Of a stretch of DNA of 64,000 nucleotides, positions 9,844 to 18,337 are shown one piece after another (position 1 is the stretch's first letter; every line of letters begins with the position of its first letter). The translations under genes were made by a program, and so were the position numbers. The notes under the pieces are model-generated. The model saw only the letters and a program-made list of their open reading frames with translations, searched no databases and was not told the DNA's origin. Source of the DNA: Candidatus Altimarinota bacterium (lineage in GTDB: Bacteria; Patescibacteriota; Gracilibacteria; UBA1369); contig OY782391.1 of NCBI GenBank assembly GCA_963677745.1, positions 768,001 to 832,000 on the forward strand. Reading direction: 5' to 3'.

Positions 9844-10341
9844 ATGTCCCAAGAGAAAAAAGATGGCCCTGAAGTGCCGGGAGAAGATGGTAAAGCCTTA
9901 CCGGAATTAGCTAAACCCACCGCCGATCCCCTTGCTTTACCTTTGTCCGCACCAATTGACGACACCGCGCGGGATACCCGCGACCGGGTAACTTTCAGTA
10001 CGACTTTTATCGAAGACGTTGATTTGCTGGCCAAATACCATATGGATTATCAGTTGCTGATGGCAATGCAAGATAAGGAAAATGAGTGCCATAATTTAAC
10101 CTTTCCCAACTTACTGCAATCCCTGCGCAACGTTGTGGAATCTTATGATTATCTCTACAAAAAACAATTTTCCATCCCCGACCATCTGGTTGCAATCAAA
10201 TTTATTTGCAGTGACGGTGAATTTTATTTGGGATTGAATAACGGTTATCCCTGTTTATTTAAGGATCCACATGCCAAAGACAGAATTCCTTTTCCTCTGG
10301 TGGAAGGCCCTCTTAGTCAGGAAATCAGACGATCCAACTAA
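9844..10341 (+). CDS. Hypothetical protein
   Basis: 165 aa ORF co-oriented with the lipoprotein gene. Confidence 0.55.
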   Translation: MSQEKKDGPEVPGEDGKALPELAKPTADPLALPLSAPIDDTARDTRDRVTFSTTFIEDVDLLAKYHMDYQLLMAMQDKENECHNLTFPNLLQSLRNVVESYDYLYKKQFSIPDHLVAIKFICSDGEFYLGLNNGYPCLFKDPHAKDRIPFPLVEGPLSQEIRRSN

Positions 10342-11666
10342 TCCGCCCTGCCTGTCAATTTCTCTTTGATTTTCGCTTCCAACCCTCTGTCCGTGGGATG
10401 ATAAAATTTGGTGCCGGTTAGTCTGCCCGGCAAATGTTGTTGTTCCACTACCGCCCCCTCAAAATTGTGGGCATATTTATAGCCTTTACCATAACCCCAT
10501 TCTTTCATCAGCTTGGTCGGTGCATTGCGGATTTCCAGCGGAACTTCCAGATTTCCGGTATCACGGATAGCTTTTTTGATTGATCCCACGGCCATATACA
10601 GGGCATTCGACTTCGGCGCCATGGACAGGTGAACGACTGCCTGGGCCAGATTGACTTCGCATTCCGGCATACCGTTAAAATGGCAGGCGTCCTTGGCGGC
10701 CACGGCCACCAGTAAAGCGTGCGGATCGGCCATACCGATATCCTCGGAAGCAAATCTGATTAGTCGTCTGGCTACATAAAGTGGATCTTCTCCACCCTCC
10801 AGCATCCGCATCATCCAATACAACGCTCCGTCCGGATCGCTGTCCCGCATACTCTTATGCAAAGCGGAAATAATATTGTAATGCTCCTCGCCTTTTTTGT
10901 CATAACGCAGATTTTTCTTCTGCAAAATCGTCCGCATTTGCTCCACATCCACCGGCCATTTATCAGCTACTTTCAGGATAACCTCCAGGGTATTCAACAT
11001 ATTACGCGCGTCGCCGTTGGAAAAGCCGATCAGAAATTCCATTGCTTCCTTTTCCAGTTCAAATTTCGCACCCTGGACGCCGTTCTCTGCCGAAACCATC
11101 TCAGCCGCTTTCCCCAGAGCCCGTGTACCGATATTTTCCAGGGCGGTCTCGTCCAGTTCTTTAAAAACAAATACCTGTGCCCGTGAAAGCAAAGCGGAAT
11201 TAACCTCAAAAGACGGATTTTCCGTGGTTGCGCCAATCAAAGTAATCGTTCCTCTTTCGGTATGAGGCAATAAAAAATCCTGCTGCGATTTATTAAAACG
11301 GTGGATTTCATCCACAAACAGCACCGTGGCGGTACCCAGCCTGCGGTATTCATCTGCTTCGGCCACAATTGTCCGCAATTCAGGTACGCCCGCCGTCACG
11401 GCACTCACAGTAATGAACCTTGAAGCCGTCTTCTCGGCAATAATCTGGGCTAAAGTCGTCTTCCCCACCCCCGGCGGGCCATAAAAGATCATCGAATGCA
11501 GCTGGTCGGATTCGATCAGCTTCTGCAGGGTCTTTCCCTGCCCAACCAGCTCCTCCTGCCCGTAAAATTCCTCCAGTGTCTTGGGACGCATCAGATTGGC
11601 TAACGGTTCATGTAAAACCGCACTCATTTTAGTCGGGATTTTGGTCGCTTCAGGCTTCTTTTTCAT
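10338..11666 (-). CDS. rarA: Replication-associated recombination protein A (MgsA/RarA AAA+ ATPase)
   Basis: PLANLMRP, GPPGVGKTT, FVDEIHRFNKSQQD, ATTENPSF, ISALHKSMRDSD and ASEDIGMAD motifs. Confidence 0.97.
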   Translation of the reverse strand: MKKKPEATKIPTKMSAVLHEPLANLMRPKTLEEFYGQEELVGQGKTLQKLIESDQLHSMIFYGPPGVGKTTLAQIIAEKTASRFITVSAVTAGVPELRTIVAEADEYRRLGTATVLFVDEIHRFNKSQQDFLLPHTERGTITLIGATTENPSFEVNSALLSRAQVFVFKELDETALENIGTRALGKAAEMVSAENGVQGAKFELEKEAMEFLIGFSNGDARNMLNTLEVILKVADKWPVDVEQMRTILQKKNLRYDKKGEEHYNIISALHKSMRDSDPDGALYWMMRMLEGGEDPLYVARRLIRFASEDIGMADPHALLVAVAAKDACHFNGMPECEVNLAQAVVHLSMAPKSNALYMAVGSIKKAIRDTGNLEVPLEIRNAPTKLMKEWGYGKGYKYAHNFEGAVVEQQHLPGRLTGTKFYHPTDRGLEAKIKEKLTGRAD

Positions 11667-11769
11667 GGCCTCACAGTACACCCGTTCTTCAGCTTTGACA
11701 AATTCCTAAAAAATGCGATAATACTGGCCTGGCAGAGCTCAATGTCTGCCGAAATTTACCCAATCAATT

Positions 11770-13830
11770 ATGCCTCCCCAATTAAAAGAAAATTTCCTCG
11801 GCGATTATCCCGAACTGGGAAAGTTTGACCTCAAAGCCCTCAACCCGGCATTCGAGGAAACCATGTTTGATTTGGCCAAACAGGTTCCTGAATACGGCTT
11901 CTGGGAGGACGAATATATCGAACCTTTCGCCGGTAAAAAACCGGAAACCCTCATCACCCCCGCCACGCGCCGGGCCATCGATCAGGTTTTGGGGCTTTTT
12001 CTGCATAAAGAGGGCGGTAAATTGGAAGCATATTCAAATAAGGGGATCAGAAACCATATCGCCGCTTTTATCATCAGTGTACGCGCCAGAATTTGGCAAA
12101 TGTCGCCTAATCAGCGCTGGATTGATAATATGTACGGACGCCTGCAGGCCGAAGATGAACGGGTTGAAAACCACAGAAGGCTGATTGCAGCGGGTCAGGA
12201 AAATGTCTGGTATCCGAACATCACTCACCAGCCGGTTCAGAGCTGCACAAAGCAACAATTCGAGGCATCCCCCAATAACCATGCCAAAAGAGTACAGAGG
12301 ATCATGACCAATGAAACCGACAGGCTGATTATTCCGGATGAAAAGGAAGCTTTTACCCCGGAAGCGATTGGCTCTTTAATTATCGACCCTTACGGACTGA
12401 CCGATCGCCAAGTGGAGGGTTTGGGGATCAGTCTCCCCTGGACCGGGAAAAAACGCACATCCAGACTGGAAAAAATCGAATACTTCAGTACTCTGCCCCC
12501 CCGGCTCAAAACAGAGCTCTCCGCCTTAAATCCTATTGGCAAGGGTGATCCCCATGACAAATTTGGTCGTTGGCGTCTATATGGCAACGTTGAAGGTAAT
12601 GTCCTTAGTACAACCACGTCATCAGGCAAAGACAGCTATAATGTAGCCCGTTTAAAGGATGCTATCCGCGCCCGGGAACATACCCGCACCGGCTCTTTGT
12701 CAGAAACCGGTAAGATAGCCGGGGTAATCAGGAGAATTCTTGATGTCGATAAGCAGCTGCAAAAAGGTAAATGGGAACAGGTTAAGGACAACGAAAAGCT
12801 GGCCGAAGCCAAAAACACTCTTTTTCAAGCTTTCGACGCCCTCAAAAACGTTCGTAATCCGGACAAAAAGGAAGCCAGGGATTTGCTGGAAAAAGCTATG
12901 ACTTTGGAAACAACCTATACCAGAGTTATCAAAAGAAATGGAAAGCCACCGGAGACTATTGTTACAGTCAAACTGAATCCCGGCGCCAAGAGATCGCAGC
13001 TGGAAAAAGCCCTGCGCAAATTGAAAACCAGAAAAGCTCATTCCCTGCCCCGCATTTCACGTTATACCGCCAATGACCGGCAGATTCTGGAAGAAGAATT
13101 GGCCGAGCACCAGAATATTCCCTTCAATCAATTGGAGGCTTATCTGGACCGCCACTTCCGTGGCTCCAGCCCGCTTGACCACAAAAAAATGAGTCCTGCC
13201 CAGAGGGAGGGAGTTGTTTCCCGTCTCAACGAATGGCTGGAACGTTTTGTTGAGTTTCCGGCAGAAAGAAAGGCCTGGCTTGAGCCATACCGCAGTTTTG
13301 TGGATCTGATTCAGGAAGATCTCAACCAGGCAATAGAAACCGTGGATAATGAGGAAACGGCTGTCAGTGATCTTAAAACCGACCTTGCTGAATTAAAAAT
13401 TTCCCTGCGTCTGAAAAAATTCTGGGAAAGTTGGGAGCAGCTTTATGACCAGCATCTGACCCAGAAAAAATTGCCGACTTTCGTCTATATGATAAGAGAC
13501 CTGGTCTTGCTCAAGAAAGAAATTAATGATATCCCCACCACTTCTCGATCCGGGTTTATTTTTGAGACCTATCTGACCAAGATTGATGAAATGACCGCTC
13601 TCTGTCGGGAAGCCTTTGACAATTGGCATGAGCCCGACGGTAAGAAGAAAGCCAAAGTCATTCATCAGCAATTGAAAGTCAAAGCGCGCGAAGCGGATAT
13701 CGTCGCCCTGCTGAAAAAGAAAAAGGAATTTGAATATGAAGAAAAGCAGCTCGATGATATGTTCGGGCCACCGTCCGCAGATGAGGATGGGTACCTGGGG
13801 GAACTCGGGGAGGATGGCTTTGACGATTAG
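11770..13830 (+). CDS. Large hypothetical helical protein
   Basis: 686 aa ORF with an upstream TTGACA..GATAAT promoter (11695-11722) and an acidic C-terminal tail; no family recognised. Confidence 0.7.
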   Translation: MPPQLKENFLGDYPELGKFDLKALNPAFEETMFDLAKQVPEYGFWEDEYIEPFAGKKPETLITPATRRAIDQVLGLFLHKEGGKLEAYSNKGIRNHIAAFIISVRARIWQMSPNQRWIDNMYGRLQAEDERVENHRRLIAAGQENVWYPNITHQPVQSCTKQQFEASPNNHAKRVQRIMTNETDRLIIPDEKEAFTPEAIGSLIIDPYGLTDRQVEGLGISLPWTGKKRTSRLEKIEYFSTLPPRLKTELSALNPIGKGDPHDKFGRWRLYGNVEGNVLSTTTSSGKDSYNVARLKDAIRAREHTRTGSLSETGKIAGVIRRILDVDKQLQKGKWEQVKDNEKLAEAKNTLFQAFDALKNVRNPDKKEARDLLEKAMTLETTYTRVIKRNGKPPETIVTVKLNPGAKRSQLEKALRKLKTRKAHSLPRISRYTANDRQILEEELAEHQNIPFNQLEAYLDRHFRGSSPLDHKKMSPAQREGVVSRLNEWLERFVEFPAERKAWLEPYRSFVDLIQEDLNQAIETVDNEETAVSDLKTDLAELKISLRLKKFWESWEQLYDQHLTQKKLPTFVYMIRDLVLLKKEINDIPTTSRSGFIFETYLTKIDEMTALCREAFDNWHEPDGKKKAKVIHQQLKVKAREADIVALLKKKKEFEYEEKQLDDMFGPPSADEDGYLGELGEDGFDD

Positions 13831-14744
13831 TTCTGTGGATAATAGCCGAAAATATGACTGGTATTGTCCTTGCCGGGCAGGGATTTGATCATGGAACAGC
13901 TGGAGGTTCGCGCCCACAACTGGAAATTCCCGCTCCCGGAATCTTTCATCAATTTCGTCATCAGATAAATCACCGGGGCCGAATCTATTGCCACGGCATC
14001 AGGGGTTTCCGTGTCCAGACTGGCGGAAACCATTTTGGAAGACTCACAAAGGTCGGCGGAGGCGGGAGGGGTTTCCAGCCATTTAATGGTGCGCCAATCA
14101 TTTTGGGCGGCCAAACTTTCGGCGCTGTAATGGGTAAAATCCAGACTGGCCAGAAAAAGCGTTTTCCCCCCCGACAGTTGGTCCAATTCCTCCAGTTTGG
14201 CCGCCAGCTCATCCAATTTGATACAGGAAGTATTATTTTTTACGGTGATGGGGACTATCTTCGCTTCCGGAAAATATTTTTTCACAAAAGGATAATGGAC
14301 ATAAATGCCGTGTTCTTGGCCAAAATCTTTTGGTTCTATTGCTGCCAGGTCACTTTCATCCAATAATTTTATCGATTGCCGGTCGAGTGCCACTCCCTCC
14401 GCTCCTTTGACGCCCTCGACCTGATCGGTTGTCTGCACATAATTGAATCCGTATCCGAAATGATTGGGTGACAAAATAACCACTCTGTCGTAAGAATTTT
14501 CCCGCGCGATTTCCGTGTAAAACTTATCTATATAAGCGGACACCAGCAGATGGTGGGGCAGTATCATCCCTTTCACTTTGGCGACCGTAACCCCGTCGCC
14601 CTGGGGAAATTTTGTCTCCGTAGTGGACACGGGACTAGACAGCTGTTGACACCCTGTAGACAGCAGTAGACAACAAACCAGGAGCGCCGTCGCGGCACCC
14701 CTGGTTCTGATGATTTCCCCAAATGAATTTATCTTATTTGCCAT
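13827..14744 (-). CDS. MEMO1-family (AmmeMemoRadiSam protein B-like) lipoprotein
   Basis: ILPHH, ILSPNH, EHG and ASLDFTHY motifs; lipobox LSTG-C. Confidence 0.8.
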   Translation of the reverse strand: MANKINSFGEIIRTRGAATALLVCCLLLSTGCQQLSSPVSTTETKFPQGDGVTVAKVKGMILPHHLLVSAYIDKFYTEIARENSYDRVVILSPNHFGYGFNYVQTTDQVEGVKGAEGVALDRQSIKLLDESDLAAIEPKDFGQEHGIYVHYPFVKKYFPEAKIVPITVKNNTSCIKLDELAAKLEELDQLSGGKTLFLASLDFTHYSAESLAAQNDWRTIKWLETPPASADLCESSKMVSASLDTETPDAVAIDSAPVIYLMTKLMKDSGSGNFQLWARTSSCSMIKSLPGKDNTSHIFGYYPQN

Positions 14745-16585
14745 CCGTCGGATGAAGTGCCTCCCCATTCCACGACCGTAAATCCTTTTCTGGGTAGTGC
14801 CGTGAAGGTCTGTGCCGGCATCTCAATTTTCTGCCAGAGCGGTTGATAGTACATGAATACGCGGATTACCGTATCGGGTTTTGGTTCAATGGTCAGAGGG
14901 GCAATTTTATTGAATTCGGTCGCTCCAACAAAACTTACCAGTACATATGGTTCTGAGGTTGCCATCATTTTGGGTACCCAGAATTCCCTGAACTCGGCTG
15001 ACTCTTTTTCATTCAGTCCCAATTTGGTCAGACTGTCCTTCAGAAATCCCTCAAGGTCGGCCTTGGCCACCACCGATCCGCTGTTCATACTCAGTTGTTT
15101 AGCACTTTTGCCTTCCCAGAACAGATATTCATACTGTTTTCCGTCTGCCAGATTGGTCAGATCCCCATTGGGTTCGGCCATTACATTCCAGCCGTTTCCA
15201 TAGGCGGGCTCGGTGACGGTAAATTCATCGATTCCCACTTTTACGCTGACTGAGGAGGTCTTTTCCGGATAGAGGTAAATTACCGGCTTGCCGCATTCGG
15301 CCGGAGCCTTGAATTCGGTGGCGATTATTCCGGAATATCTTCCAAACGGATCCTGCCAGTAAACAATTGGTTTTTCGGCCAAAAATTCCTCATAAGTTTT
15401 TACTTTTGCTGCCCGGGAATCATCCGGCAGATATTGCTGCATATCCACGTACAGATTGTAGTAGTAGTTCAGAGCCCACTGTGGCTGATCTTTATCCACC
15501 AGACCGTCCAGGTCGGTTTTATCCTCAATCCGCTGATTGTTTTTTGCCACAAATATTTTTGTCCCTTTCTGAGTCTGTCCGACTTCCACCAGCTGGCTGG
15601 CATCGGTATTTTCCACGTTATAACAGGAATTGCCGATTCCGCAGCCCCCGGTCATATAATCATATCCGACTCCAAACCACCCGGATCCTGTACCGTCATT
15701 CCATTTAACCGTATCCCCGGCCTTATCCCCGACCAGATCGGGATCAAATTTATAGGTGGAAATTACACTGTCCGGTCCGATTACAAACACACAGCCGGTC
15801 ATTTCGAGAGCCGACAGATAAACCGGTCCGACTTTCGGGTCGGTGAAGGCGACTTTTCCCAGATCGACAAACACAGTTCCATCCTCATTGCCATTTTCTC
15901 TGGTCATACCGGACCGGAAATCCACGTCTTTGCTGACCAGCTGCACTGAATTGCTGCCATCCGGCAGCATGATGCTGTTGGGCAGAATTAAGGCCTTGAG
16001 CGTGAGTTCCTTGTCGGAGTTTTTCAAAACAGGATTGAGAAATTCCGGAATATAATCACTATAACTGTGATTGGTCAGATAGGTTAACTTGCCGCTTTGT
16101 TCATCCCAGGCAAATCTGGAAATTTGATCGGAAAAACAGGGGCCTTCACAGCCCTCGATCATCACCAGCAGCTTTTGGCCCTGATATGGATCGGCTTTTA
16201 ACGTCCCGACTTCATAGAAAGCCAGCATCGTTTTTACATAAGTATTTTCATCGCCGTTTTTTCCGGTATTGATGTCGGTGGTCGCCGATTCTCCCAGAAT
16301 TTTATTCATTTCTTTCAGATTGTCTCCCAGCACCTTTAACGTATCCAGTTTTTTCGGACTGGAAAAGTCCACCTGATCGTCTTTCACCACCGGAGTAACC
16401 ACCTCATTCTCGGCGGTTTCGGTTTTCGTGGAAGTCTCTTCTTTGTTCTCTCCGGTTTGAGTTTGTGTCGATTCGGTCTTGGTATCGGGTTTATTTTCTT
16501 CTCCTACGGTACAGGCGGACAGCATGGTCAAGGCCAGTAATCCGGACAGCAAAAGAGCAAGCAGCTTTTTCGAGTTCATGGACAT
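14729..16585 (-). CDS. Lipoprotein with C-terminal KPVIYLYP domain
   Basis: Lipobox LSA-C; ECGKPVIYLYP...YLFWEG...EFWVP...IRVFM...VVEWGG. Confidence 0.75.
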   Translation of the reverse strand: MSMNSKKLLALLLSGLLALTMLSACTVGEENKPDTKTESTQTQTGENKEETSTKTETAENEVVTPVVKDDQVDFSSPKKLDTLKVLGDNLKEMNKILGESATTDINTGKNGDENTYVKTMLAFYEVGTLKADPYQGQKLLVMIEGCEGPCFSDQISRFAWDEQSGKLTYLTNHSYSDYIPEFLNPVLKNSDKELTLKALILPNSIMLPDGSNSVQLVSKDVDFRSGMTRENGNEDGTVFVDLGKVAFTDPKVGPVYLSALEMTGCVFVIGPDSVISTYKFDPDLVGDKAGDTVKWNDGTGSGWFGVGYDYMTGGCGIGNSCYNVENTDASQLVEVGQTQKGTKIFVAKNNQRIEDKTDLDGLVDKDQPQWALNYYYNLYVDMQQYLPDDSRAAKVKTYEEFLAEKPIVYWQDPFGRYSGIIATEFKAPAECGKPVIYLYPEKTSSVSVKVGIDEFTVTEPAYGNGWNVMAEPNGDLTNLADGKQYEYLFWEGKSAKQLSMNSGSVVAKADLEGFLKDSLTKLGLNEKESAEFREFWVPKMMATSEPYVLVSFVGATEFNKIAPLTIEPKPDTVIRVFMYYQPLWQKIEMPAQTFTALPRKGFTVVEWGGTSSDGWQIR

Positions 16586-16756
16586 TTAATTATTTAATAA
16601 AATTATTTCTCGTCAAATATAACATTTCTTCGCCTAAATGTATTACAAAACAGAAGACAAAAAACAAAAATTTGATCCAATACGGTTCAAAGAGGCCTGA
16701 AAAACATTTAAATATACTGAAAAACATGCTAAAATAAAAAGATTTAACTGTATCTT

Positions 16757-18202
16757 ATGGCACCAGGTGACGGTAACCCATCAATGGATTCCCCGGTCAA
16801 GGCCGGTGATCAGGCCAGAGTGGAGGCTGTAGAAGCCGCCAAGAGATTTGAGGAACAACAGAAAAAGGCCGAAGAAGAATGGAAAAGACAGCATGTTGAG
16901 GCTGCTACTGAAAGACGTGAGGCTGGACGTGATGCTGTAAAAGATAGTGCCGCCAAAGCACGTGAAGGTATATTTACCCCTGCACCCGTAGCGTCAGCCG
17001 CTCCAACAACTGCACCTTCAACTTCTGAGACCGTCCCTGCTCCTTCGACGAGCCCGGAAGCCGCCCCTCAGGCTGCCCCGGCTCCTGCGGCGACCGCACC
17101 GGCAACTCCTGCGCCCGCTCCCGGTACAACGCCGGCCCCATCAGCAGCTCCCAGCGCTGCTCCTGCCGCCGCACCAACACCATCAGCTGCACCAACCGCC
17201 GCCCCCTCAGCAGCACCAAGTGCCGCACCTTCATCCGCTCCATCATCAAATCCCACCACGACTCCCACCAGCTCCCCTGCTGCGACACCGGGGGCGTCAA
17301 CCCCCACCTCCGGCACGGAAGCACCTCCGGTTCCCCCTCCTCCGGCGGCAGAAGAAGGCTTTGGGGGGAAAATCAAAGAATTTTTCAAAACTTTTCTTGC
17401 AGGAATGTTTGGCGGAAAGATGCCTGACTGGTTAAGTAAATTTTTTGGCGGGAAAGACACGGGCACAGCTACAGCATCAGCTTCCTCCACACCCTCCTCA
17501 ACGCCTGCAGCGTCACCTTCGGGCACATCAGAAAGTTCTCCTGAAAGCGGAAAAAGCTGGCGTGAAGTAGTCAACGCCGAAGCAGCCAGACTTGGTATCG
17601 AGCCGCCTTTTGCGCTGGCCATCGTCACCGTCGAGGCGGGCAAGGAAGGAATACAAAAAGACGGCAATCCCACCATCCGTTTTGAACCCGGATATTTCAA
17701 CAGATTACTGGCCAAAAAAGGCGTCAACGAACGTCATGCCACAGCCAACGGTTACAGTGACAGAAAAGTCGACGGAATCTCCTGTGAAGGAGGACAGGCC
17801 GCCGAGCAGGCCTGTCTGGCCAAAGCAATTTCCATCGATCCCGAGGCTGCCTATCAGTCGGTCAGTATGGGCCTGGGACAGATTATGGGTGAGTATTCAA
17901 AGTCAGCCGGCTATCCGACCGCCGAGGCCATGTATAAGGCCTTCAGTGCTTCCGGTGGTGGAGAAGCCGCCCAAGTGAAGGGCATGTTTAAAATTATCGA
18001 AGGCAGCCCCGCTCATCTCAGGGCCGCCCGCAACAAAGATTTCAGTGCTTTTGCCAACGTTTATAACGGCGCGAAAGTAGGTACTCCCAAACACAGCCAA
18101 TACATGGCGGCCCTGGAAAGAGCCTACCGCAATAATGGCGGAACCGGTGGATCCGGTACGGGTAGTCGCCCCTCCTCCGGCAGTCCCAGCGCAGTGGCGT
18201 AA
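16757..18202 (+). CDS. N-acetylmuramidase-domain (DUF3380-like) protein with long Pro/Ala/Thr linker
   Basis: C-terminal AIVTVEAG...PTIRFEPGYF...SMGLGQIMG...FANVYNG. No Sec signal peptide. Confidence 0.8.
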   Translation: MAPGDGNPSMDSPVKAGDQARVEAVEAAKRFEEQQKKAEEEWKRQHVEAATERREAGRDAVKDSAAKAREGIFTPAPVASAAPTTAPSTSETVPAPSTSPEAAPQAAPAPAATAPATPAPAPGTTPAPSAAPSAAPAAAPTPSAAPTAAPSAAPSAAPSSAPSSNPTTTPTSSPAATPGASTPTSGTEAPPVPPPPAAEEGFGGKIKEFFKTFLAGMFGGKMPDWLSKFFGGKDTGTATASASSTPSSTPAASPSGTSESSPESGKSWREVVNAEAARLGIEPPFALAIVTVEAGKEGIQKDGNPTIRFEPGYFNRLLAKKGVNERHATANGYSDRKVDGISCEGGQAAEQACLAKAISIDPEAAYQSVSMGLGQIMGEYSKSAGYPTAEAMYKAFSASGGGEAAQVKGMFKIIEGSPAHLRAARNKDFSAFANVYNGAKVGTPKHSQYMAALERAYRNNGGTGGSGTGSRPSSGSPSAVA

Positions 18203-18298
18203 CATCCGCCGCCACTTGATCATTTCCATTCAAATTCAGTTTCGTACCCCAATCCCAATCGCAGCCGCTGACCCCCCCGGTTAAGTTGATAATACCAA

Positions 18299-18330
18299 AA
18301 GCGGCAGGGGGGAAATTCCCCCTGCCGCTT
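18299..18330. terminator. Hairpin terminator between the convergent muramidase and rnj genes
   Basis: AAGCGGCAGGGGG-GAAATT-CCCCCTGCCGCTT perfect stem, T-tract on the minus strand. Confidence 0.75.
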
Positions 18331-18337
18331 ATCTGCA

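Noticed and set aside
16980-17350. Repetitive DNA as a possible CRISPR or VNTR array
   Set aside because: It is degenerate in-frame coding for an APSAAP linker, with no identical repeats or spacers and no cas genes in the window.
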